34,977 nt of DNA from Trypethelium eluteriae (GCA_051942245.1 JAVECL010000221.1:1-34977); one strand, 5' to 3'. Shown: positions 22,700 through 34,977, counted from the stretch's first letter. Notes: a model not told the origin generated them from the letters alone. Program-made: numbers and translations.

Positions 22700-25075
22700 C
22701 TATAACGCCCATCCGCCCTCAAAATGCCCAAAGATACTCTCCAAAAACGCATCATCGCCTGGGCTCATTGGCTGCAAAAGCGTCGAGTTCTGAATGGCCG
22801 CGGCCTCGGCAACACCAGCACCAGCCACTTCTCCACTATCCATCCAACCGGCGTCATCTACCGCGGCTGACTTCTGGTTTATCTTAGCGGCGGCGTTGCT
22901 ACGGAACTTGCGTACCATCCCTGATACATGCATGAACAGGTCGTCGGGCGATTGCTCGCCAACTTCGTTACTGGCAAGCTCCAGTCTGCTGGCAACACTG
23001 TCCAGTACCGACATAAGGTCTATCGTATTACGTACCAAGAGGCAATCCCAGGCCGGGTGGTCGAAAGTGGACAACCGATACAGGACTACCAAGCACCGCG
23101 CGAGCTGCGCCATGTGCATGAATGAGAGGCCGGCGCATTCGGCTGGCTGAAGGGAAAAGAAAATGTCCATCCACGATTTGATGGCACTCACAGAGCGCCA
23201 TGAAAAGTCGATAAAGTCAAAAGCAAGCGTATTGCCGCCGCCGCTAGCGCTCGTATCGTTGTCATTGTCGATGGCACCGGTGCCCAATCTCGACCCCTGA
23301 GTCACATGCAGATATGATGTGCGCGCCGTCTCACTCATACAGAGTTCAATGTAGTGCATATGCATTGTCAGTGTACCTGGTAAAGGTCGATTAGCCATCT
23401 GAAGTCGCACAAGCTACGACAAGTTCGTGAGCATTGCAGCGCAAAATTGTCTACTTACCCCGTTGCCGGAGTACCTCAGGCAGGGAGTCGCCAAGCTGAT
23501 GGAGCTGTGCCTGCAGGGTCCGAATGTACAGGTTGGTCGAAAGAGCCGGGCCCGGATCCGAGGCAGAGCGGGCTGAGCCCCACTCTCGCTGTTCTCTGAT
23601 CTGGACTGATTTCTGCGCTAGTAATTGGAGGCGAATTTGGAATGCAAAAGCCGCATCTGCGGGACACTCCGTGTTGGTCTCTATGGCTCGGAGCGATTCA
23701 TCCATGCGCGGCTTCCACTTCATGGCATCAATTTGTGCAAAATATATGGAGATTCTAGCGCCCCGTCAGCAATTGAGAACACCGATCTGACGATGCCTTG
23801 CAGCACTGTGTAACGACAAATGAGGGGTACGTCTTTTCGGAATCGGCGTCTGAAAGGAAAAGGTGATGACACACGTGGAGCTCAGCGCATAACATGCCAA
23901 GACCGCCTTTTGCTCCTCTGCAACAAACCAACTCTCCGAGGAGCAGGATTCGTGTGAACGTGGGTCATCGATCATAGACTTCATCATATGTTCATCCAAG
24001 GGTAACGGCTTGTCTAGGCGAAGCTCACACGCCAGTGAAGTTGCCAGGGACACGAGGCGAGACAGGGTGCCGGACGGATGAAAAACTTGATCGTAGCTCC
24101 AAGCTGTGAAGACCAAGAGTCCTTGCAGTAGATCGATGCTGGACTGGTTTTGCACCAGCGTCATCTGGGCCAAAACGTGTTTTAGCTCCTTTCCATATGC
24201 CAGTTTTTGCTGTTTGGAGGGAGATGCAACAGCATTGATGGCACGCAGGAGAAAGGGACGATGTTGTTGTAGCTGCTGCGCCGTCACGTCAGGGGCAATG
24301 TAGGTAAACGGGAAAGACGGCAGCATCTTATCACGGAATCTGACAAGACAGGTCTCGGAATTATGCGCCGAAGAGTGCCCTGGAGCAAGAGAAGCAAGTG
24401 CGAGGGTATTTGTGGTGGTATCTACGGCATAGGGTGAAGACGAGTCGGTTGGAGATGAATCTGCTCTGGAGAGTTGCGTCGTCTCGCCGTCCTCCCTTCC
24501 TGTGGGGGTATCGGCTGCGCTCGCGTTCCAATCTACCATCTCGAGTGTGAGCCTTCTGCTACCTTGGTAGCTCTCGCCATCAAGCAGGAATCTCACCTGA
24601 ATCGCTTTGTGAAAGTAGCTGTTCATAGTCGGCCAGCGTGCCATCGTTTCGGACGGTCCTCAGCAAGGCGGCGGACGAGGCAGGTGACTGAGCAACGAGA
24701 GAGAGCAGTTTCACAAGGCTGTCGACTTTGTCCTCGAGATCACCGATTCTTGTGGTAGAATTGTGCCTCCTTTGTGCATTAGCTCCTTTGCGCACAGAAT
24801 CCGATGGACGACATTGTTTTTTGAGACGATGGCATCTGCAAACGCTATTATTAGGCAACCCTCGTGTATCAATGCGTAGGTACGATTGTATATGCTAAGG
24901 TGGCACTTGATGGGATAAACCTGGGTGACCTGCGTGGCCGACCTTCCAGTGTCAATGTTCCAGCGCTGACTGACCTTTCACAACCGCCACCATCCGGGCG
25001 ACTCACGCACTTGCATTTCGACTTGAAGCATTGCAGGCACGCTAGACTGGACGGCGTGACTTGCCGGGGAGCCAT
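22700..25075 (-). CDS. Zn(II)2Cys6 transcription factor (5 exons)
   Basis: ACLQCFKSKCKC..CER|CHRLKKQC cluster, LEDKVDSLVKLL coiled coil, FRDKMLPSFPF..RPFLLRAI, SIDLLQGLLVFTAW; four introns restore a continuous frame. Confidence 0.9.
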
Positions 25076-26369
25076 GCGTCCAGTGCGACCGAGTCCCAAT
25101 GCGTGTGACGAAAGGCTCGGTAGGTGAGCTGTGGAGACGAGCAGTCGACTCTATCATTTCGCGAAGGTAGGAAGCATGTGTAAGGGCGGACGCGGCTTTC
25201 CGACGCTTGAAGTACTAGAAGATTGGAATTCGGGTTGGCTGGTGACAGGGTTGACTGCACCGATTACCGATGATACGCGATTTCCAAGTTTGGACCCTAG
25301 TAACGAGATTTGGAGTTGCTGCAGTGAGGTGTTGTCCGATAACGATAACCCATCCCGACTGGGTACTCCGTAGATACCTTTCTCCTCTGAAGTCCGTACT
25401 AGTGTCTTCCGATAGTAACAATGTAACAGCGAAGACTACTCTTACCAACTTGGGTAGACGAGCAGAAGTACCTACCTACCGCGTAAGGAGTCGGTCGCTG
25501 AACGCGGGTTTGTAAGACTCCGCCCGAATCCGAAGCTTTGCCGTAATTAGCATTAGGATTATGAAGCCTACCTGGCAAGCTCCGTACATGAGGTAAGTGA
25601 AGTACCTTACCTCATCGACTTCATCCTGTTCGAAAAGAGAGCTATCAGGTGACTGGAAAGCTCGGCACATTCTTATCTCCACCTGTTCTTGTTATCCATT
25701 CCGTCAAGGAGCGTACTCGAAAAGTCTCGCTACTATTTTGAGCATGGCATCATTGTCTGCAAATGCTATTGTGCAGGTTGGAAATGATATACGACATGCT
25801 CTGATGAACAGCTGTCAAATTTCTGATGCGGCTACATCGCGATCAACAGCTCTGTGGCTCTACCCACCCAGACTATGGTGGTCGCTTTAATGGTCTCTCA
25901 AATTAAGGGGATTGGAACCCCTGCACATAAGTACTACGATACACCCAATTGAGTAACTATCTCGGCGGCAAGGCTGAGATAATCGCGTTAAAAACTACCA
26001 AATCCGGACCTGAACCACTGTGATCTTTTGCCTACCATTTTTTTATCTACATCGTAATAGCTATTATATCCGACTTAATTTTCTCTCTTTCTACACAAAC
26101 AACTATACTCTCAAAAGAGCAAAAAATATGGATAACGCTGAGAATCAAATTCTCTATTTCATAATGACTGATCTACAAATATTTACCAGTGAACACAAGA
26201 CCAGATATATGGAACTTCTTCAGAAATTATTCACTAATGGGAACGTCCTCGCTGTGTGATCCATTGGCTAGCAGCTTGCCCCAAAGTTTTGGTAAGTGAG
26301 CTTGTTAACATCGATAATCGTGGCTTTGGGAGGGTATAAGCCCTATTTGTTGTGCTTTCTCTGTTTCGG

Positions 26370-28043
26370 ATTGCTACTGTAATGCTCTCGATCGTCTGGT
26401 ACTCCTCTAGACCATACAAGCTACCCTCTCGTCCATATCCACTTTCTTTGACTCCACCGAACGAAGCTTCAGCAGCGCTAATCTTGCCCGTGTTCACACC
26501 AACCAAAGCTCTGTTTGGATTGCAAGGCACAACACTTCCTCCTCACTACTAAACTCAAATATTGGTGCTAACAGTCCGAAAGACTCGTCGTTGGTCACAG
26601 TTGCCTCCGCGGTGATGCCTGGAACTACTGTACGTGGGCAGAAATCCCCCTTCCCTACGGATTCGTCGTTGGGGATGTCGCAAAATTCGACCTTCGCGCC
26701 CTTCGACAAGGCATCTGTGATGTGTTCGTGAATCTTCTTAATCGCTGCTTTATTTACTAAAGGGCCGTCGGACCGTATGTCGTTGATAGATCTAGGCCTG
26801 AGCCCACCTTAAATTTCGCAACGGCAGAGTGTACATAAACTCGATTCGCACAGACACACTACTCTGGGTTAGAAGTTGAATACTTCAAATGAGTATCTTT
26901 GCAAGACGCGAATGACGTTCGTAGAGTGGCTCTCGTGATGAGAAGGATGAACTGTTGTTCTGGGCGCTGCATCGAAATTTACTAAACATGGTTCCTTCAA
27001 CAGTAGTGTCAAGATCGGCATCATCGAACACTATGAATGGCGCGTTTCCACCAATTCGAGGCCTATACGTTTCAAAGTTCCGCCAGAAAGCTTGGCCAGC
27101 ATCTTTCCTACTTTAGTAGAGCTGGTGAAGCTTACTTTTCGAACCCGAGGGTTGGTCGCTAGCTCATTAGCAGCTTGTTGGTCTTAAGTCGAACAGACGT
27201 GGATCGTAGCTGGCGGTAAGCCCGCCTCGATGGCCAATCTCGCAAGGGCAAGACAAGTGTAGGGAGTCTCGCTTAGTGGCTTGATCATGACTGAGCAACT
27301 GGCTGCGAAAGGGGGGATGATTTTACGTGTTATCATTGCTGCTGAGAAATTCTATGGCATGATAATACCACATACACCGATGAGCTCTCTGATAGTCGAG
27401 AGCGATATATTCGGATATGATGAAGGATTTTTCACTCCGTAGGATCTCGTACCTCCCTCAGCGAACCAGGAAATAAAGCTTGCAGTATGAATGACTTCTC
27501 CTCTAGCCTCGATCAATGTTTTGCCGTTCTCGAGGCACAATATCAAGGCAGCTGTTATCAAGCGGGTTGGATAGATGGTAGCTGTGGCAGTGAAGAAGCT
27601 AGATCTTTTTACCATCTTCTTGGTTTGCAATAATCAGATCGTACCACTTTCCCAAAAACGCACCGCAGGCAGCTCCAGCCATTTCGGCAAAAAACTTTGG
27701 CTGTGTCAGGTACGGAGTCTCAATGGTCTTCTTGAAATCATCCAGGCTACGATTGGCGACCTTTCCTAGAGTTGTTGCTGTAGAGGGTTCTGACTGACGC
27801 TAGCACCCAATCAGATATTCATATTACTGGAATGATCAGGCGCTGACTAACCCCAGACGTCAAATTTCTCCTCCTTGAGCCATTGTCCATCAACAAATGC
27901 GTCTTCGATTAATAAGCTCGGATCTACTAGCTGGAAACCATGTCAGGAAAATTTCTCAGTAGCAAGGAGCAATTTCTTACTCGCTTCAAAGCTTCGGAAA
28001 TGTCCGGAGATGTTTTATCTATGCTAAGAAAGCTGGGAGACAT
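26370..28043 (-). pseudogene. Succinate-semialdehyde dehydrogenase-like aldehyde dehydrogenase pseudogene
   Basis: LENGKTLIEARGEV, IMP*NF (TAG at 27352-27354 where PWNF is expected), second stop at 27184-27186, [11 protein letters not shown], 1-nt frameshift in ELGGNAP near 27052, CANRVYV, ESFGLLAP, FGGVKESGYGREGS. Confidence 0.9.
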
Positions 28044-29511
28044 GGTGATTGCTCACTGAGACTGTGGCGTTGCTTAGTGTGGATTGAACTGTGAGCTTCC
28101 AGGAAATAGAAGAAATCTGCAAGGACAATGAGTACTAAACCCCTGTGTTATCGATCTCAAGGGTCAAATACACATCAGATGAAGCGGAATTTACGCATGT
28201 GAGAGATTAGTTCGGATATCTTAGCACCGTATTTGAGGGAGATTTGGAAGACAGAATTGCCAGAACACTCGGCATCAATGACCGTACTAAATACCATGCG
28301 AGTTCGGAAGCTGATTTCCATTGTTTCTTTTCCGAAAGTCGTTGGTCTGTCTGATATTTGTTCTTTCGCCGAGCCGCTCTGCCTTTACTTTCTGATACGC
28401 ACTCAATCAAACTCACATTGAAGTTTGTGCTCCCTTTCAAAGCTGGAATCATGTCCTATTTAATTGCAACTACGCTTGTAGTGAAGCTCAGGTAATAAGT
28501 TGTAAGTGTTAGAGGTACTAGAAACAAAGCTAGAAGATTTCCGGCTTTGTGTAATGACCATCGGGAACTTTCCGCGCTATCTTAGTAGCCATACTCACTG
28601 AACTGAAATATGCAAGTCATATCATTCTGGTTTCGTTGTTGCGGAAGAGCGTACTGTTACCGGTGCAGTCTTACAAAGAGGTCGACGGTGCCCCAGTTCC
28701 ACCACGGAAACAGCAGGAGCAGTATGCTGGCCCGATGCTAACCTCTCCTCAGCTTTCGAGGACCGACACGTCGAACTCTATGTCAGATTACATGCCATTG
28801 GGTTCGGACACCATGCCTCCTCCCTAAGACTACCTATACCGATAAGCGCAGTCCGAGAGCCCAATACTACCCACTTCAGATAGATCCGATCAAAGGGATC
28901 TCCTCGCTCGACAAAACTATGGTCTTGATTAAACGGTATGACGACTGACAAATTTGGTGGAGACTCAAGTCATTCGAGGGTCATTGTTAGCGCTGGTGGG
29001 CTTCCGGTCACTTGCAACTTATCAGGATGGAGATGCTAATAAGATTCGACTGGAAGGGCCATCGATGATGCCGATTTGAGCGCCCAAGTTGGCGTCGCTA
29101 AAGGACATATTTCAGGCCATAGGTGTAGCTTGGGAGATGGTAGGTTCTGAAGGGAAGATTGAATAGGCTAACAAGCAAGAGTCGAGATGGAACTACGATA
29201 ACAAGAAGCACCAAGCTGCACATGCATACAGTGCAGCAGGGAGATGTACTTCGGGCCGTGACTATACCATTCAAAACGTACAAGTCCGGCAAAACAGCAT
29301 GGTCAATTGTAAAACTATAAGGACAGTCTTGATTTGTAAATAACAGTCTGGGTGAGCGGTATTCCGATTTCTCCCCGAAACAAATGGACACGAAATGAGT
29401 GCTTTCTCCTTCACTATGGTCTGAGGAAAAGAAAATCCAGTGTATCCTCTCATGGTCAGCTTTCCTTTCTGCCAGTGTCATTGTCGGAGTAAGAATCAGT
29501 GAGAGACCGTT

Positions 29512-31860
29512 TTAAACTTCTTCGAACGGCGTAGGGTGAGCAGAATCGCTAGCTGGAGGCGGTCCATTGTGGTCCGGAATACTCACAGCCACAGTCTGTT
29601 CATAAGCGGGCGCAGAAACCATGGTGTCTCTTCCAGGGGCTGTAGAAGGAGCAGTTGAACTAGTATCCGCTTCCTCAGCCGAGGAAGATGCGCCTTTCTT
29701 TCCGTCCGATTCCGCTTCGGCAATTTCTTCCCAAGAGCGTGGCGCGGCCTTCAACAGTGGATGCGCCGGGTCGGAGAAATCAAGTATAGCGAGGAGCTCC
29801 TTTGATCGAGTCGTAGGCACGCAGCCGATCTCTCTTGTCCATGTGCCTGCGCCAACACCCTCGTGGGCAAGGCTCTGGAGTTGTAACGTCTCATTGGTCG
29901 ACCATTCTGTCAATGCATAGTTGTCCCATCGCCAACGTCGCTGGACCCCGTGAAGAATTGGCTCTAGGAAATACGAGATTACGATGAAGATAATGCCGAT
30001 CACGAATGTCAGAGCGAGGCCAAGGGTTGAGAAGGATGTGTAATCAGTACTAAGGATTTTCTGAATATTATTGATTAGTAATTATTGATAGTCTTGTCTT
30101 TCTGATAATGAAACCACATACCTGACCAGTGCAGAAATCTCGCTCAGCATCCGTTCCATTTTTGAGCGGTGACTCTCAGTATTGCTCTATGTTAGGCCAT
30201 TTAGGTCCATTAGCAAGCTCAATCATCGTTCTCTGTATTATCGCCAGTTGAATAGCGGACCAGGATTCTACATCCAACTGCCATTCGTTAGAAGACAGAG
30301 GCCCCTGGGCCCCACTGGTCAAAGTTAAGCGGCCTTTCAACGCGGCGACGCCTACACTATTTAAGATTGTGCCCAGGTCCGGAGTGAATTCAGCTAATAT
30401 GTCGAGAAAAGTGTTGAGCCTGTCCAGTTGACTGCCTTGAAACCAGGAAGAGAGTCCGCCTCTATCAGTATCCAGCGGCTCCAAAGCGGTCGAATATAAG
30501 CCCATCAGCGGACTGCACCCTTGCTGCGCGGGCAGCAGAGGATTGCAATACTGAGCTTGATGAGTACAGCCCAGGGCAATTGCGGGATAGTCCGCAAACC
30601 AGGCAGAGATGTTGCCGGGACCGTAGGTACTTGTGCCCAACGTAGGCACGTTGAATGGACCGTTATGTGCGGAATACCAAGGATCATCAACAGGTGCCAG
30701 GAATACAACATTATTGGCCGAGAGGAAGAATATTCCAGTGTCTGCATCAACCCTAGATATCTCCGGCCTAGCAACAAACCCCACAGTTTCAGGATCGGTA
30801 TTATTTGCTCGAGCAAGCGAGGCACTGCCAAAATGTTAGCGAGACACCGCTCGGATCATGGCGCGTCACAACAGACATACAAAACGGTATAATCCTCCTG
30901 AAACGCAGAGTCAAGCCAAATGGGTGATGATGCGTTGATTGTGCTAACTGGATATTCATACGTGAAATTAGGTTGGTCTAGACCGTATAGCTTTCCGTAG
31001 TAGTACTCCATCCACTGTTGTATAAACGTAGAATTTTCCGAGACACGGCTGTACTTTCCGTCGATCACCAGAGGAGCACAATGGTTCACTATACGGAAGG
31101 AAAACCTTTCACCTGGAGAAGAATTAATACCAAGGTCATCATGGCTGTTTATGAGACCAGTGTCGACAATTAGGTTCGTGGTGTTACTTTGACATACTTC
31201 CATGTCAAAAGGACAGGATGCATTCGTGACGGTAGACATACGAAGGCTCGGCTGGACAAATGTCGCGCAGTCCTCGGACATTGCGTTTGTATTATAGCAT
31301 TGTTGCGCACGTTGGGCAGATAATTGTAACAATGTCGTCAAATAAGGTCCTCTAATATTGCGGAATTCCGTGGCATCGAAAGAAGAGTAGTTTATCCCGG
31401 CGCAGTGAGTTCCAGCCAAGAGCACTTCGTCGTCCATAGCAGAGGAGACTTGTGCAGAGAACACGCCAGCAAGAGCAAATGCCAGGCCCACGATCAAGCT
31501 AGTTAGAGCGAGGGGGCCAAGACGCCTTAAGGTTGAGCTCTTGGACTTCCGCCATGCCCAGGCTATAGTAACGAGTTTCCAAAAAGCATCGTCCGCAGTC
31601 GAGGAGTTACGCAAAGTAGCCTGACGCTGATGAAAGAGACCATCCTGGTGTGAACCTGTTGATAAACAGAGATGGATGATAAAAGCGGCGATTTTCCAGA
31701 CACGTAATCCAGCGAAGGAAACAAATACGGCGGTGAAGGCCGTAAGAAAAGCGCCATTTTCCCTTGTTAAAGTGATTGTTGAGCCTCGTACGCTGCCGAG
31801 GGACCAATTCACCCAAGGCCCAAGATAAACATTGCTTGTACCAAGAGTGGCAGACATCAT
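29512..31860 (-). pseudogene. Uncharacterised fungal multi-pass membrane protein gene (3 exons) with one premature stop
   Basis: N-terminal VYLGPWVNWSLGSVRGSTITLT..GAFLTAF, HQRQATLRNS, CPF..C, DTGLINSHDDLGIN, ADTGIFFLSAN..DPWY, WQLDVESW, Q|KILSTDYTSFSTLGL, EWSTNETLQLQ; N-glycosylation sequons; in-frame TGA at 30176-30178 before the second intron. Confidence 0.7.
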
Positions 31861-32483
31861 GCAAGTTGTCTAATGAGCTCAATGTATTTCGGACCGAAAG
31901 TGAGCGCAAATCTGAATTTGACGGAGTGGCGATAATGATAAAGCAGTAGAGATGCGGGTCGTTCATACTTCTTATACTCCGATTCCTGGGTTCTCAGGTA
32001 CAGTGCGCGCCACGACCAGAGATTATGCACGAAAGTATCACTTCGCCATCCCACTGCCACCTCCCAACCAGTGCATCTTCGAGGCGCACCTGGTATGTTC
32101 TTCCTGCATTGACGAGCCAGCAGTCGAAGTATGCCTATCGCTGTGAGAAATGAGAAATGCCTTACACATAGGGTAGGATCAAGATTGGGAATGCGAAAGA
32201 ACAGATAGCTTACCGATTTTGCACCTGAGAATGTTGTGAAAGTGTACGAATCAATTCCGAAGGGGAGAAAACGGACCACTCTTCCTCACGCTCACTATAT
32301 ATGTAGGTATCTTTGGAGATGGAGGGACAACAGAGGGCAAAGAGATGGTCAGGGTGTCGCTACGATATCTGACTTTTCAAAGCAAGTTGAGCCATGTCAA
32401 AGAAACAGTATGATACTGCGAAATGCCTTTGTAGGGATCCTGATGGGGTGATAATTGCAGCTTGCATGGACGCTTGTGCATTA

Positions 32484-34019
32484 CAGCAAATATTCGATAT
32501 TACGTAATTCTATATAGCGAAATATGCCGTATAACGTAAAAATCTCAGATTTCTAGTAAATTTGTATGTAAATAACGGATTTATTCGTTATCCGGAAATT
32601 CGTTAATCCGAGCCCCTTTTTCGCTATATCGAAATCAGAGTTTTACGCTCTCATCTCATCTTCCTACCTTCATCCACGTTCTCATCTCATTCAATATGGC
32701 TCCACAGGCTCAGCTACGGCCATCTAGCCAATCAAATTCACAGAAACGTCAGAAAAGTACTGTGGATCACAAGATAGCTACCTGAAAACACTACAATTTA
32801 TCTTTATTGAAGTTGAAGCTAAAGGACCTTGCTATCTGGTTTGAAAATGAGTACAAACAGGCTATTGCGGTATCATCTCTTTCAGATATCCTATCAAAAA
32901 AATTCAGCCATTTTGATTCACGCAATTTACTTGATGTTCAATCTCGTTCACGAATAAGACGAGAACATTGGCCTCAGTTAGAGGCTGCTCTACACCAATG
33001 GCAGCTGCGTGTTTAATCAAATATCCCTATCACCTATGATCTACTTCAGATGAAAGCTCAGTGGTTTTGGACACAGCTACCTGCCTATTCATCACTCCCA
33101 CAGCCTAAATTCAGTGTTGGATGGCTGCAGAAATTTAATCAAAGATATGGGTTAAAAGCAAGGCAACACCATAGAGAAGCAGGCAGTATTGATTTAGCTA
33201 CTGCAGCAGAAGAGATGAAAAGAGTTCAAGAAGCCTGTTCAAGATATCCTACTCATCTCATTTATAATGCAGATGAAACAGGCCTTTACTGGAAGAGATA
33301 TCCAGATCGTAGCCTAACTACAGAGGTTATATCTGGTAAGAAGCTAGCTAAGAATAGGATATCTATCCTATTAGCTACTAATGCTACTGCATCTCACCGC
33401 CTAGCTCCATAGCTGATTGGTAGCTCTCAAACACCACGAGCTTTTAAAGCAGCTAAAATCAAGCCTACCTCTATAGGGTTTCATTGGAGAGCCAATAAGA
33501 AGGCTTGGATGAATGCAGAGATCTTTAAAAAATGGATGAGATGGTTTGATAGAGAAATCTTCCTAAAACACTATACAAAAGGTCTGCTTTTATTGGATAA
33601 TTTCTCTGCTTACATCTCTGCTGTTGATAAGTTGAAAGCTTCAGAAGAAGGCTTACCGCATATAAAAGTATGTTGGTTACCAGCAAACGCTACTAGCTAC
33701 TATCAACCTCTGGATCAAAGTGTTATCAACACTACAAAAGCCTATTGGAAGAAAAAGTGGATGCATTACATTATGGATGAAGCTGATAACGGACGGCAAC
33801 CTCACAACACTATTAATGTGTTAATAGCAGCTAAGTGGTGGTTATATGCATGGAGGGATGATGTTGATAATGAGATGATAGCTCATTGTTTCATCAAATC
33901 GGAGGTGTTTGGACGCAAATTTAGTCCTGAAAATTTGCCGAAATCGCAATATAAGCGGTTACCACAGCAACAAAGACAAGATGAAACATCACCACAGCAA
34001 CAGGAGGTCGAATTATCAC
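32484..34019 (+). mobile_element. Decayed pogo/Tigger-like (CENP-B HTH + DDE_1) DNA transposon, 3' end interrupted
   Basis: TA then CAGCAAATATTCGATATTACG terminus with subterminal TTCG(T/C)TAT-type repeats; transposase from ATG ~32697: WPQLEAALHQW, FSVGWLQKFNQRY, IYNADETGLYW, NKKAWMNAEIF, LLLDNFSAY, YQPLDQSVI; in-frame stops near 32782, 33014, 33410. Confidence 0.9.
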
Positions 34020-34021
34020 TA

Positions 34022-34842
34022 AGTCAAACCACCTAGATCCGGCGCAACCTAGTAGTGGCGCACCCCCCGCATCCAACTCAATTAATTCATCTACCAAATC
34101 AACTACCTCAACGCGCGTTAATATGTACGACCGTGAAGCTGCTATGGCAGCTGCTTCTGCAGATCTTGATGCAGGTGTTTTTTTATCTATTAATTCAGCT
34201 GCTGACGCGTACGGCGTCCCGCAAATTACACTCAGAAGACGACTCCACGGATACCAAATACGCCAGAAAAGTTATCAACATGAACAGTGATTGTCTCCAA
34301 ATCAAGAGGACTTCCTGCGAGATTGGATCCTTGAAGAAGATACGCGCGGATATCCTCCCTCTCACGCTTGTTGTCGTGAAATGGCCTCTCAAATCCTTCG
34401 AATGAATGGTGACGAAAAACCTTTAGGCAAGAATTGGGTCACAGCCTACCTAACATGACACCCTGATATTGCTACACGCGTAGGTCGCAAGCTAGAAGCT
34501 AGGAGGACTGAATATGCTACAAAAGAGGAGGTTATCGCGTTTTTGACGCGTTATGAAGATGTAAAGCTGCGCTACAATATCCAACTTGAAGATATTTACA
34601 ATATGGATGAATAAGGTATTGGCCTTGGTGTTTGCTCCAACTCAAAGGTTCTGACAAGCTTAAAGAAGAAGCGAACACTGCAGAAAACACCTAAGACGCG
34701 TGAATGGGTGTTAATTATTAAGGCTATCTCTGCAACAGGCCGAGTTATCAACCCTCTGGTTATCTTTAAGGGGCAGAACCTACAAACAGATTGGTTTATC
34801 CCTGATAAGATCCCTGATTGGCAGTATACTACCCCAATAACT
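34022..34842 (+). mobile_element. Decayed Fot1/Pot2-like DNA transposon (5' part) inserted in the preceding element
   Basis: TA (34020-34021) then TIR-like AGTCAAACCACCTAGATCCGGCGCAACCTAGTAGTGGCGCACCCCCC with twin internal repeats; transposase from ATG 34123: AADAYGVPQITLRRRLHG, LGKNWV, IYNMDE*G, REWVLIIKAISATG..PLVIFKG; three stops. Confidence 0.9.
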
Positions 34843-34977
34843 CAGTGTTCCGGTAAATCGGCGACCAATTTCGGCCTAATTGGCCGCTGCTTTACGTCCC
34901 TCCGCAGGTCGAATCCAGCTGCGGGGTAATAGGGGCCTCGTTTCACTTTCTACCTAATTGCGGCGCAGGGACGCTAA
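34843..34977. mobile_element. Probable terminus of a third element (hAT-like end)
   Basis: Fot1-like homology stops after WQYTT; GC-rich sequence starts CAGTGTTCCGG, resembling hAT termini; only 135 bp visible. Confidence 0.4.

Noticed and set aside
28636..29170. Possible exon relic after GCTAAC..CAG acceptor near 28752
   Set aside because: All frames are interrupted by stops and no family motif is recognisable.
29512..31860. Cytochrome P450 label that I recall being attached to similar proteins
   Set aside because: No FxxGxxxCxG haem motif or P450-like organisation; it looks like a glycosylated multi-pass membrane protein.
1..34977. Starship captain, telomeric repeats, CRISPR array, tRNA/rRNA genes
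   Set aside because: No tyrosine-recombinase-like ORF, no (TTAGGG)n array, no repeat-spacer array and no recognisable structural RNA by eye.

Overview
Filamentous ascomycete (Pezizomycotina-type GT-AG introns with CTRAY branch points) genomic DNA: a ~29-kb gene island between a heavily RIP-mutated AT-rich block with LTR remnants (1-~2300) and a nest of decayed DNA transposons (32484-end). The island contains (i) a head-to-head pair of an NLR-like gene (helical N-terminus, NACHT, 2x C2H2 zinc finger, ankyrin repeats, repeated Som1-like DYQMQL motif) and an apparently intact RAD5/RAD16-like SNF2 ATPase sharing a 569-bp spacer; (ii) a tailoring/detox-type group with no backbone synthase (Tri3-like acyltransferase, AfoA/CtnR-like Zn2Cys6 factor, NmrA/CipA-like reductase, 14-TM-type MFS pump, second Zn2Cys6 factor), with CGG-rich motifs shared between the reductase and pump promoters; (iii) a succinate-semialdehyde dehydrogenase pseudogene and an uncharacterised membrane-protein gene with one premature stop. 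The best candidate for an undescribed system is the NACHT-ZnF-ANK/SNF2 pair. Exon structures and family calls were made by eye from motifs; no database search was run.
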